Assembly: GCF_964204645.1 (NCBI RefSeq)
Contig: NC_134027.1
Coordinates: forward strand, 3,132,485 to 3,196,484
From: Tubulanus polymorphus
Lineage: Eukaryota; Animalia; Nemertea
DNA length: 64,000 nucleotides
Reading direction: 5' to 3'
Under the pieces are notes generated by a model, which was not told where the DNA came from, did not search any database, and saw nothing but the letters and a program-made list of their open reading frames with translations. This document shows, piece by piece, positions 25,503-55,500 of this stretch. Each line of letters begins with the position of its first letter. Within the stretch, counting starts at the first letter, position 1. The translations under genes were made by a program, and so were the position numbers.

Positions 25503-27883
25503 TTATCTGTTTACTGTAAATGTCATAGAGCATGGAATGTGGTCAGTAAAAGTTGAAGCGGCTGTGATGAATGAAAACTCTTCCACTGACTAAAATGAAA
25601 GATAGCAGTCTTGTATTCCAGATCGAAAATATTCATCTACATCAATATCTACCGGAACTTACTAGGTCAATTTTATTAGGGGGACGGTAGAGGATGTTAT
25701 CCAACTTGCGTTTACCATTAAACTCAGGCATTCCATCAGTAGCTTTCTTTCTGTATACGCTTTCAACAAAATACTGACGTAAACCGTCATTTTCCATAGT
25801 TCTAGAAAGAAAATGTGATCTTCGTTTTAACTATTTATTCATTACCAGCCACACATTAGAAAGGTTTATCTCACCTCTTCAATCCATCAGGTGTCGAGAT
25901 AAGTTTCATATGAATGTCATCCGTGATCAGCTTCGTACCTAGAAAGTGTAATCCATAAAGAGTATCAAGGCAGCCACTTTCCGCCAATTTACAAATTCCC
26001 TGAGTTTCCCACCATTTTTCTAGTATAACAAAAAAATTCCCCGAGTGAATCAAATTCCCTTTTTGAGTATTGCAAATTTTGTAAAATGTCCTGTTTTTTC
26101 CAGGTCAGGCCCACCCTGATCATACATGTGTTTGGCATTTCATTTTGCGGTGTAAGTTATTTACCTACTACCCATGGTTTATATTCGCCTCTGTCATTAA
26201 CGCAAGGATCGCAATAAGAATCAAATATTGAATGTTTCCAATTCGCTTCCTCTCCTACAGAAAATGAGTATCAAATTTTACATTACGAGAAGTTGAACAA
26301 AAGCTACAAATGTTATATATCGAAATGCATCAACATTATTTACCTAATGACATACGATCGAAATTGAAATCTCCGCAAAGAATATCGAACAGTACAACTT
26401 CGTCTTCTACTTTGGTAGCTCGTTGAAATAGTTCGATTTCACACAATACAGCGTCCATCTGTAAACAGCGTATTTCTCCTACCATAGAAATATAAATATT
26501 TTGAAAATGTAAAAATCACTGTATCATATTTTTGCCCAAGAAATCAGTATATACAATGTAGTTGTGCTATTCTCTTCTTGAACCCGGTCTGGCTGGAAGT
26601 GTTGTATGTTGTAATTTGGGAAAGGATAGGATGGCGCCTTATAAATTGAAGGCCTTATAAATTGAAGAAAGAACTATTTCCGGTGTAGAGATATCACGGA
26701 GGGGTTGCGGGGTAGGGAATTCCATTCGATGGGTGCAAATGTCCCGAATACACATGATCTAACTTACGTCCGAATTGCTGCAGATGCGTATTAGCGATGT
26801 ATCCAACCAGTTTCTTGTTCGAACTTGTTTGTCCAAGATCAATCTGCGTATTATAAGATTAACACAAAATTACGACGAATTCATGAATTTTCTTTGAAAG
26901 GGACCGTCGATTGAAGAGATTACCTTAGCCATCAATACACCTTTCGACAGGAATTTCTCTTTTCCTTCACAAGCCCAGAACCTCTTGAAGTCGGCGTCTG
27001 TGATCGGATATCGACTGGCGATAAACAAACCACTGTTCAATAACTGAACGCAGGATTTACATCCAGCATCGTGTAACATGAAGCCAAAACTTTCGCTCAG
27101 AATCTCTCTTAGAATTGCCGAAGCATCGGAATCGAATACTTCTTGTAAACAGAGGAAATCAATTGATTTTGGAAATTTCGTTGATAGAGGATACACGAAA
27201 TCGACGAGGGTCGTGTGTCGTCTGAATCGAGCATTGAATGAGTTACTGTCATCCGTTACAGGCGCTTCTACCATCACTAATTCATCTGATTCTACATCGT
27301 CTCCGTGAATTATAGCTGATGCTATGTTTCGAGCTCTTCTCTTCACGTTGCCCAGATTCTCAGTGCGTGCGATCGCTTCAGGCAGAAGACAAGTATTCGC
27401 CGTTACGACTGTAAATTTGGCATCCTCACCAATTTTCTTGATTTGTTTGCCTTGCTGTTCAATACTCTCTTCGATCGACTTCGTTATTGCGGGTAAATTA
27501 TTTGCTTCCTTTTCTACAGATGTCTCCCCTGGTGCTGATCGCTGAGTTGATTTTTGGCGGATATCTTGGATGCTTGCTGGGTTACAAAGCTCTAAACATT
27601 CGTAGTAAGCGTATGAATTCTTAACCTGCCCGAGAGCAATCCAAAATGGCAATCCTATCAACATTATCGGCGTGAAAATGCAAATGATAACAATCAGAAA
27701 AGGAGCACAGATCATAATGAAACAGTATCTCTCATTGCAGGGTGCATCTCTTTCAGGTGTTGTTTGGATGAACAGCGATATAAAAAAGTTCAGTAAGGAA
27801 TACCACGGGTAGATGAATCCCCAACTAACCCTGTATATCACGTGTAGAAACTTGTTTGAAAAGAGATCTTTTACCAATGCCAT
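25503..27883 (-). CDS. Neutral sphingomyelinase (SMPD3/SMPD5-like, EEP fold); 7 coding exons; about 516 aa
   Basis: Exons 27883-26924, 26843-26768, 26478-26344, 26254-26165, 25938-25875, 25801-25663 and 25589-25503 join in frame. Two N-terminal hydrophobic segments. Motifs TANTCLLPE, DFLCLQEVFD, LNSGLFIASRYPI, SKGVL, THLQ, DILCGDFNFD, GKRKLDNILY, TDHIP. Confidence 0.88.
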
Positions 27884-28587
27884 ATTTCATCAGTCTGAAA
27901 ATATGAAATACATCGTATGAGTGAAAACCAATCAAGGCGTCTCGACGACAGGCGCTGGCTGAGTCGTGGTGTGGTACAAGGTCAGAGAAACGTAATGAAG
28001 GATAGGATAGGATAGGGGTTTAAGAAACAATAGGTTGGTCTTCATTCATTCATTTAGTGAAATATAAGGTTTCTTTTAAAATTTCGTATTAATTAGAACT
28101 TAATAGCGTACGTAAATCACCGCCAAATATGCCGAAAATCATTTAGATGCGCAAAACTCAATTCAAAATTGCGCGTACTGTCGCCACAAAACAAAACCAA
28201 TGTCGCGGAACGAAATTAATCTATTGAAATACTGGCAGCACCGTACGGAACTTAAATCCGCGATTCGGGCTGGATAGCGATAAGTTCAATGATTGGCCGG
28301 CCCTCAGATTTAAACTTCCCATCTATCGATTGTCTGATACCGGAGTAGTAACAACAAATGTAAAACAATATAGTAATCGTATCTGGGTCGGCATCTCGTG
28401 ACTACAAATTCCCGCTCCCGGGCACTGGGCCGGAGAGGCCATGACCGGACCACAGGCAAACTGACATGGCGTTTCACTTTCGGGCTTTTGTAGATTCGAA
28501 TCAATAGGTTGAGACAGAAAGATTATGGTAGTTAGAAAGTTTCCATGTTTTTATTCGATAAAATTCACCAACACTTATTAGGTCAAT

Positions 28588-30736
28588 TTAGAAATTATCG
28601 AGTTTAAGTGTGATATCTGGAATTCCGCCAAGGCTCGGCCGTTTTGATGTGTACACTTCCAAGTTTTCATTTGCTAAATCAAAAATTGCTGAAAATTGAT
28701 TTAAAAAACTATATATTTCATTGCATTATTGATTTATATGATGAACAATCTGAGTCATGCACCCGGCCGCTTGCCAGGATTGCCTCCCCTGTCCGCCCAA
28801 TAAATCTTGGGCGGTGTAATTGAGCAGTGAAGGGTCTGCGGCCAGGACTTGTGTTGAGGTGAGTTTCGGGGGTGGGGAGGTGATAAAATCCTGGCAAGCG
28901 AGAGAATGGAATTCATAGTTTTACCACAAGCTAAAGTGAGTGAACCATCTTCATGGCCATCCATCGATTCAATGGGTCTCCATATTCTTGGGTGAGACAA
29001 AATGTTGCATAAATCCGCTTTAGTTTGTGGTAGCGTGGAGTTTTCAAGGAATTCCGTGCGCTTCTGCGAACTTATTGTGGCATCACACGCGTCTGGGACG
29101 AGTCGTAATCTTCAAATGATTCATGCAACGAAAAACGTATCATTTATATTTTTACCAGGTTTAACAGACCATCCTGAACAAACTCAGGGCTAGCAGGACT
29201 ACATACTGATTGCAATGATAATAATATCCATATACGGGTTCAGAAGAATGTGATTCAGTTGGCACTGATTCAGTTGGTACTGATTCGTTTCGCTTCTTAA
29301 TTTCGATAAGTTTGAAATTTGTTTGCACGCGTTCGTCTGTTTCTTTATTGTAGATCTCGTAGATGTATACTACATCTTTGTTGGAAAGGAAAGCAGCATT
29401 CATACTGAAAATCATAATCACAGTAGTTGTAACAAAATCAAAGCTATACATGTATACCACGAACTCAACAGGTGAACAACGCACCTCACGGCAGTCCCGA
29501 CTCCCGATCCCACATTTCTTATGATTTCAGTCAGATGGTCGGGTGAACTCGCCGACAGTGAAGCTCTTAACAGCATGCTCATAGCTACAATAGCGTAATG
29601 ATTGTTTACAATCGAACATCGTCCTAATCCAGTTCAATGTGTTTGAATGTTTTAAAATTACGTGTATGATAATAATCTATTCAAATGATATTTACGTAAT
29701 CGATCTTTTTTGACGTATTTTCCCGTGATGTAGTTTACTGTAGTAACTAATCCATCGCTGTTGTAAGAAAATGCTGCACCAGAAAGAGCGCCTAAAGACA
29801 TCCAATTTTTCGACATTTTAGTCCGAATTGCCTCATCATTTTTAACATAGATTATTTCTAGGAAACTACTATACCTGGATAACAATAGGAAACAAATCGT
29901 TCCTCTGGTACTAACAGACGACCTCGAGGTCTGTCATTAATACAACAAACGTCGACTATGAAAGAATAACCACATTCCTTCGATAATGCATCCTCGTTAT
30001 GCGCTATCACTTGCTGAAATGATGCAAAAATCATTCTTTAGAAACATATCACCCAAAAACCATGTTACCATGAGTCAAATATTGATGAATGTATTACTTG
30101 TATATGTAAATTGTTATTCACAAAGAATTTGAAATTGAACATACAGTTGATTCTGTGTTGAGGAAGACGTCCGTACACCGTAGACCCATGGCTTCAGATT
30201 TCCTTTCGAGGATCACCAGTTCATAGAGGTTTGACATGAAAATCTGAATGCAATCAATGGATTCTTAAAAACATGCTTGTTAATAGATAAGGCCTACTTT
30301 AGCAACTATATTCTATACCTTTTCAAAACTAACACCGGCACCATCAGCAATTCCCTGCAATTCCTCAACATATTGAGGGTAATTGTCATTGGTTACCTTT
30401 AGATATCCACTGTACAACTGAAATGAATTTTACAACATCTTATCAACATTTTTACGTTTGAATATTCTACTCTTTTTAAGATACTCGTTGCAATCAGACC
30501 TTATGACATTCATCTGTTTTAAGAAAATCCTTCTCCACAGTTTCAAAATACCTCTGCAAAAGCTGTTTTACTTGCGTACCCTGAAATGAACACATTTACT
30601 TGGTGACATTTTGATTAGTAAGCTCGTCTATCGTAAAGTCTAAGGAGTCCAAAAGCATGGGTAAAAAATCATTACTCACAATTTGGCGTCCAACTTCATA
30701 ATGTGTTCCTGTAGCTTTTATGATTGGCAGCGACAT
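28588..30736 (-). CDS. Tan-like peptidase C45 / Ntn-hydrolase (beta-alanyl-amine hydrolase and acyl-CoA:6-APA acyltransferase family); 10 exons; 384 aa
   Basis: Exons 30736-30680, 30580-30500, 30417-30319, 30243-30145, 30013-29875, 29791-29696, 29584-29485, 29404-29207, 29109-28925 and 28688-28588 are all GT-AG, phase-compatible and total 1155 nt. The protein reads MSLPIIKATGTHYEVGRQIG...YPQYVEELQGIADGAGVSFEKIF...GLRCTDV...IAHNEDA...EERFVSYCYPGALSGAAFSYNSDGLV...YYHCN...TLACAIFDL, matching the recalled insect Tan motif order. Confidence 0.88.
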
Positions 30737-32264
30737 TGAGAGTGTTTACGTTAAGAAATACTGAATATATATATACTGTGAATATATTCTATCATATCAA
30801 GGCTTGACAATCATTCAACACTGGTAGTGGTTAGACAATGATCTCGCGCCCGGCGTACTTTTTACCTATGTCACACATTTACCAGATTGAACTGTCAACG
30901 AAATAGATAACTGGTGTAGAGCTATGTATATGCTTTATTTAGGGTAATTGATCCGAACTACATTTCGTGTGGAACGTAAATTTGTCCTAAGTGAACTGTG
31001 AGGGTGTTTCAACGGAGGGCATATTGATGTGATAACGAAATTATGGAATATCGAAAATTAATCGTTAGTAAAGCCTCTGGGTTTAACCAGCACCTCCTCC
31101 AGCATTCAAACCATTCAATACACCCGCTACAACGACTTTTAGAATTTCTTCTGGGTGGCCGCCGAGACCTAGGCCTTAGCGACATGTGCGTGGCAGCAGA
31201 GCTAGCCAGGGCCTTGTAAGAAGCGGACAATGTTGTGTCTGAAAGCTCATATTATGCCCGGGTATTATGCTGATGGTTATTTTCATCATCGAATTGCGGT
31301 TAATTTGGTTTTCTTGTATATATTGCACATTGAAATGTAGTTGACGGATCGCAATCGTACGACACTGCCACTTGCGCTACCTTTCGGAGGATATCTGAAA
31401 TGCCAATAGTTAAAATGCCATAAATTGACACTCTTTCATAATTGCAACTTATCGATGGAATGAATATAGGTGTAAGTAATTTCTAGAGAATCCCAAAAAT
31501 GTCGATAACGTATTGACTATTAAGAAAAAGAAGTTGGCTGAATTGTTTGTACTCAGTTAGCAACACCAGCTTGTTACAGTGGCTCAAATTTTATATATTT
31601 CGGTAATTTCTTCGTCCCGCACTTGGGAAATGGTTTAAATGCTCAACCCACGTACAAAAGTACGTTTTGAAAGTTTTTTGATCCCTGAATGGGGATAATC
31701 TGCACATCATCAAAATTATTGCCGGTCATGCGTTTAATATACAATGGTCACATACCATGCATGAGTTCTGGGGAGAAAATTGCTGGAATTGCCTTCTGTG
31801 AAAGTCCCGAACTGGATCGAAGGAGTAAAATCCGAGTCCATCACCAAGTTATTTAACGAAAAATTTTTCTATTTACCGGCATCCATGAGATACGGGGCAA
31901 ACAACAGCGAACGGCGTTATGAATGCGAGCACAAATACAGCGTTGTGAATGTCTTGTGCACCTGTCCTTTCTTCTTTTTTTTTAATACAAGACATTCTCA
32001 TAGATGTTCATTGTCAGCTTTCCATTATTGAAAGTGGACATTATTCAATGCGGATTGGCATCTTGGACACATTTCCTTGCATCGTTTTTAATTCTACAAT
32101 ATGGGATTCGAACCTCGAGAATTTGTGATATGTGTCAAGCATTGTGGCGCTTAGGAATTAACATCGACCTCTCCTACCCGGAAGTGTTTTAGAAGAATTG
32201 TTTCGATTTTTGGTATTTTTCCGATAAAAAACCTATAATTTCAAGGTGATCACAGAGTCAGAAG

Positions 32265-50340
<18,076 letters not shown>

Positions 50341-52103
50341 ACAAACTAATCAGTATTGATCTATGATATGTAAATGTTGCAGCTCAAATGTAGCCCAGTT
50401 AATATTATTTAAAATACTCCTTTAGTTCAGACACATTCCCATTATCCTACTGCTTATAGCAACTATGAAGAATGGATCTAGGATTTTTCACAGTAATCAA
50501 TAAGGAATACGCGTTATTCATTCAAGCATGAAAACGCTTTATTGTTTATAATCATAATGAATTGGTAATAATTTGCAAGGAGTTGTACGTGAAACATCAC
50601 TGCTTTCATCGATGTACTGCTGCAGCAGAAACCTCGCTTTATTTTACTGATAACGTGAATTCATAGAGGGCAGAAGCGTCAAATATTTGGGCTGCATCGC
50701 GTGATAGTTCAGTGTGCTACACCAGTAAACCTTCTTGACTTTCACTCAATGTTTTCGAGAAAAAGAATAATCCGCTTAAATTTGGAAAATATAGCTGTAA
50801 TAGGTGTATTGAATGTAAACTTAAAATCATAATGCTGCATGTAGTAATTAACGAATTGTTGTTTATCATTTTGCTCTGTGCATGTACTTGCTGTACTCCC
50901 TGTACTCCTTGTACTCACCATGAAGTTTCTATTAGATTTTCTAAGTGTCTGTGTTTTTCAAATACTGGTCAACATCACCATCATTTAGAACAGAAATCAC
51001 GACGTTTAGACTTGATCTTGCTTGTGTCATAAATTGTACATATGTATTTATTAGCTAAGGAATTATTAAATCTATCTATGCAATCTCTCCATCAGTTTAT
51101 GATACGATGACGTTGTATGACTAGCTGTACATACGGAATATTTTATTGTTTAGTTTTTGAAAATACAGTTGCACCTTTTTGAGTTCACTGAATCGAATTC
51201 TCTAAAAACTAAACCTACAATGATATCAATGATAATGGCAGGGGATTTATAAGATATTCAGATTACCGGTTATAGCAGAGTTTACAGACACAACTGAATC
51301 GCACTAATGAGATTCAACTGTATTGATATCAATTCTCTTAGTTCTCCCTCTAGTTTCATTGCATTGCAAAGTTTTGGTTGAGATCAGTGTTTTTTTTTTG
51401 TCATGCGTGATGAATATTTGTTGTGAAAATTGTCGAAGTGTTTGTCATAGAAACTTTGAATACAGGATTAATTTCAATCTGATCGAATCAACGTTCGCTT
51501 AACTTATAAATATTCAATGATCAAATGACTGATTGATCGCAAATATTAATACATGATTCATCAGTACAATTATTCGAAATATACTGTAGATTTATAGTTT
51601 ATCATATTTCTTAGTTATTTTAATTCACTAGTTTTGGTTTTAAAGTCGTTGATCAAAGTCGCATCGTTTTATATTTTTATTTCGCTAGCTTTGTCGTGTG
51701 ATTTATTTTCAGATTTTTCATCTAAGAACCAGGGATCAGATGGAAATCTAGTCTTTAAGTATTCACTATTGTAAGAAATCATTGGTTTCATGAATTGAAA
51801 AGAATGTCAGTCTGAAATGTAAAATGCATGGTTAATGGTGAGATCGGTAGGTTGTGTGTTTATATTTATTGGATTATCCATTCAATACTACATGTATGAA
51901 CTACAATAAAATTTGTATCAAAGTTGCTTGTATCAAAAAAATTGATTTATATTCTTTTGTCGTGAATGTTGCACCGGGAATATTTACGCTTTGTGTAGAT
52001 TACAAACATATCGACTACAATGTACATGTAACTCGTAAGTCAGATTAGAATTTGTGTCAACATTAGATGAAGAACTTAAACTGTGCGGAAGGGTTCTTCA
52101 AAC

Positions 52104-52150
52104 CATGGACGTATAAACTAGATTCGTATAATCTAGTTTATACGTCCATG
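52104..52150. mobile_element. 47-bp hairpin mini-element with a 7-bp TSD (same family as 33425-33456)
   Basis: Perfect 21-bp arms CATGGACGTATAAACTAGATT / AATCTAGTTTATACGTCCATG flanked by direct TTCAAAC at 52097-52103 and 52151-52157. Confidence 0.8.
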
Positions 52151-52421
52151 TTCAAACTGAGTAGGTTTCATGCGGGGACGTTTCTATTGATAAGTTGCAA
52201 AATTAGAAATGTTTTTCGGAGTTACGGGTTGGCAAAAAACACAAAGGATTAATTAATTCATATCGAGGAACATCTAAGATAACTATGAAAAATGAGATCA
52301 AAAATTTGAATAAAAACTAGAAACTGCTTGAAATCACGTGTGATATAGAATTATATATAATACCCATTCAAGAGACACCGAGTCTGATTATTATTATAAT
52401 AGTTGATACATTCGCTGTTGA

Positions 52422-53513
52422 TTATTGAAATAAAGTCGTATCGGGTCCATTGCTGTTGTAAAACTGTTCCAGAAATTGCTTTAACTGAAAGCGTTTATGT
52501 ACGAGGTGGTTGATGTGGACGGTTTTCGAGCCGATAGAACGGATGTATGTGTTCGCGAATTGATGTACAGTATACTGCGTGGACAGCGGTTTCGCCGGAT
52601 TCCTGTACGAGTTTTTATCCAGATATTTACACCACTTCATTCCTTCTTTGTTTTTATATTCAATGCGGATTTTCGTGCACGATTTTCTCAATTCGTTTGT
52701 TATCAATTCCGAAAAATGGGGAACAAATTTATAATGCGGCGCTAAGAAAACTGAATCACAAACCGACGAGTTATTAGTTATTGTTTGGTTGTATTCGCGA
52801 ATTTCTCTGGTTAACATAAACGGACCTGTTTTCGACAAAAAATCGTCGGATTTAGTTTCTACGTTCACTTTGGGTAGATCTTTTATGACTTTTCGAAAAA
52901 ACGCGTGTCTTGGAACGGAAAACATTAAGGCATTAAGAGGAATATCTTCTACTTGCCAGTATATGAATCGATGAACAGCGTGATCTTGTGGAATAAGCGC
53001 GGTATGAACAGAAACTAAATCATCGAGTCTACGTAACACTTTCATATCTAAATCGGCATATATTCCACCAAATTCATAAAGTATAAAATAACGCTGAGCA
53101 TCGGCACGCATTATCGGTAGTTTGTACGATCTATACATCGATATGTAGTTCGGAAATCTTTTCGCTATGAATTCTTCCGCTAATTCGTCCGTCCAAAACC
53201 AATATTCATAATCCGGATGAATTTCATTCCAAGAAGCAATCGCGTCCTTCATTGCAACTGGTATTAATTCATTTTTCCATGTTTGATGAATCCTTTTCGG
53301 GAGGGATGGACACTTGCTACTGTTGCGAAGCCACGTAGCGTAGTCTCCATAAACGACCGGTAAAAACGAGTTAGAATTTGTGAATGCAACAGTTTTGATC
53401 CGACGCCGGAGTTCGATGAATGCGAAGACATCAACCTTCATCGAATACATGTAAAAATATCCGAAAACCAGAACCAGGAATATTCCAGCAAAACTGCGCT
53501 TTGTTGACATCAT
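52422..53513 (-). CDS. Glycosyltransferase family 32 (DXD; OCH1/SUR1-MIPC-synthase-like), type II membrane protein; intronless; 363 aa
   Basis: N-terminal signal anchor (FAGIFLVLVFGYFYMY), LPKRIHQTWK, WNEIHPDYEYWFWTD, RADAQRYFILYEFGGIYADLD (DXD), TGPFMLT. Confidence 0.9.
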   Translation of the reverse strand: MMSTKRSFAGIFLVLVFGYFYMYSMKVDVFAFIELRRRIKTVAFTNSNSFLPVVYGDYATWLRNSSKCPSLPKRIHQTWKNELIPVAMKDAIASWNEIHPDYEYWFWTDELAEEFIAKRFPNYISMYRSYKLPIMRADAQRYFILYEFGGIYADLDMKVLRRLDDLVSVHTALIPQDHAVHRFIYWQVEDIPLNALMFSVPRHAFFRKVIKDLPKVNVETKSDDFLSKTGPFMLTREIREYNQTITNNSSVCDSVFLAPHYKFVPHFSELITNELRKSCTKIRIEYKNKEGMKWCKYLDKNSYRNPAKPLSTQYTVHQFANTYIRSIGSKTVHINHLVHKRFQLKQFLEQFYNSNGPDTTLFQ

Positions 53514-53911
53514 ACCAACAGATATGAACAGCTGAATGTTGAGTATGCCACAACGCGTTGTTCAACCCGCCAATATATCAACAAAACAAGCTGATATGTA
53601 ATCAAGATTATCAATTAGGACTTATGGAATAGATGGAAAGCAATAGAATTACGATGGAATTAAAACAAAACCACCGGTTTTAGCTGTTGACTATCGGTGA
53701 AATTATATGAATATAACTCCACCGCGATGTGGGCTGTAAGTCAACAGCTGAAAGGCGGTTGTTTCATTTTGATAAATTCTAAAAGGCAGGTGTTGTAGAA
53801 AATTCTAGTGTGGGACTTATTCATCTATCCACAGCTGACACGGATTAGTGATTATTACACTATCAGAGTATATGAGACCACATATAATTATCAGAGTGTG
53901 ATAATACCCCT

Positions 53912-54023
53912 GGGCCCGGTTTTAACGAATGGTATCAACTTTAATCTGAGGGTTAACTCAATGCATTTTCGATTGATTCAACCCCTGGGCTAAAGTTAAA
54001 AACCAGTCTATAAAACCGAGCCC
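53912..54023. mobile_element. Degenerate Harbinger-like MITE
   Basis: Imperfect TIR GGGCCCGGTTTTA / TAAAACCGAGCCC with further internal inverted pairing. Confidence 0.5.
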
Positions 54024-55370
54024 TTGCTGGTGATTTTGCATACTTGGACGCGTCAATGTCAATAAAATGACAAATTTTTGTCTGCGAAAAACAAAGTTCT
54101 AGTCTCAGCTGCGTTGTTTCAAGAATTGTTGATTTTTTAGCGGATGAGTCGGCCTGACGCCAGTAGTGTTATATGTTGACTGTCCTACCAGTAGTGGGCC
54201 GCGGTGAACATGAGAACTAAATTCCACTGCACGATATTCGCACTGTGGCATGCGAGTAATATGTTAGTTCACATATCTACCGTCAACGATGTTTTTAGCG
54301 GCAGCACTAAACGGTTAAGATATAAGGGATCGATATTCCTGCTGTGGCATGCAAGTAATACAGATATAATTTCTCAAGCACGTTATCTGGCATTTTCTAT
54401 AATCGTTGTATAAAAATAAACATGATTCACTTTAAAACCTTCCAATCGTTTCATGACGTTTTTAGCAACAATCAAGCGTTGAGGCTTTCCTACGGAAATA
54501 CCGATTTCAATCGAGGTTCTATCGAAAAGGAGCAGCTCTCGACAAATATGAACAGATGATAATCATTAATTGCCCTAGATATATTCTGATTGTCACAGTT
54601 TAACATCTCTTTATTATGACGACAATTTTTTTGGCACTTGTAACAGAAACTCAAACGTCTCGTCCCCTTGCAACCGGGTACGGAATACACGTGGCTTAGG
54701 GGAATACTAAACGGAAACAAATTCGCCGGTGCGACAATTAAGTTTTTGAAAGGCACCCGGATTCGTATCGGATTTGAATGTGAAGATTGTTTTTAAGTGA
54801 GCGACTTTTGAATTGATGTTGATGTTGTGAGTTTGTCTCAATGATATTCATCAAGACTTGGAAACTATTTACGTCAACGTCCCCAGATTCATTGTCACTG
54901 GTAGTCTGACAGGCCCGTACCCAGGAGCGAACGCACCCCCGCTCCCCCTCCCACAAGTTTTGTCAAAGAAAATTTCTAGACTTGATTTCACGTTTCTCTT
55001 CTCTCGCACTTGCCCACATTCATATAACTATGATATAGATATTGACTGTTACCAATTTACCAGTCGAAGGATGGGAATCCAGTACATGTTGTTGGATTAA
55101 TAGACCTAATAAAAACTTATTCTGAATGTGTTTCGAGGATTGATTATATTTTTCAGTGACATGTTTATATGAAATATTCACTAGAATTTGGCCGAAAATG
55201 CATCTTGAACGTTTCTATTTTCAAAATTAATTTCATCGTTTTTTCTACCGCATGAGTTTTCTTCGAATGTAATATTGACTTTTGTAAAAAGCATCGAACT
55301 ATATAGTGCGATTCGGAAGATTTCGGATTTGGATTAGTTTTTGGAAACTATATGCTCACGCTTGTAAGCT

Positions 55371-55500
55371 TTGATATAGGGTTCCGTAGTGAAATTCCTA
55401 GCTCAGAGAATTGACAAGAAAAGTAATTGTTGAGTAGTTGATATAGGGTTCCGTAGTGAAATTCTTAGCTCAAAGAATTGACGAGAAAAGTAGTTGTTAG
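55371..55500. repeat. Tandem duplication, 67-bp period, about 2 copies
   Basis: TTGATATAGGGTTCCGTAGTGAAATTC..AGAATTGAC.AGAAAAGTA.TTGTT starts at 55371 and again at 55438. Confidence 0.9.

Noticed and set aside
29161-29885. Long minus-strand frame with an in-frame TGA at 29529-29527 and apparent frameshifts (selenoprotein or pseudogene?)
   Set aside because: Fully explained by the introns of the Tan-like gene; the TGA is out of the true reading frame.
31009-31230. GC-richer minus-strand ORF (Arg/Ser-rich) between the Tan-like gene and synaptophysin
   Set aside because: No recognisable domain, non-ATG start and no splice context; possibly a repeat fragment.
32101-32115. Isolated reverse-strand B-box (GGTTCGAATCCC)
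   Set aside because: No A-box or cloverleaf nearby, so it is not callable as a tRNA.
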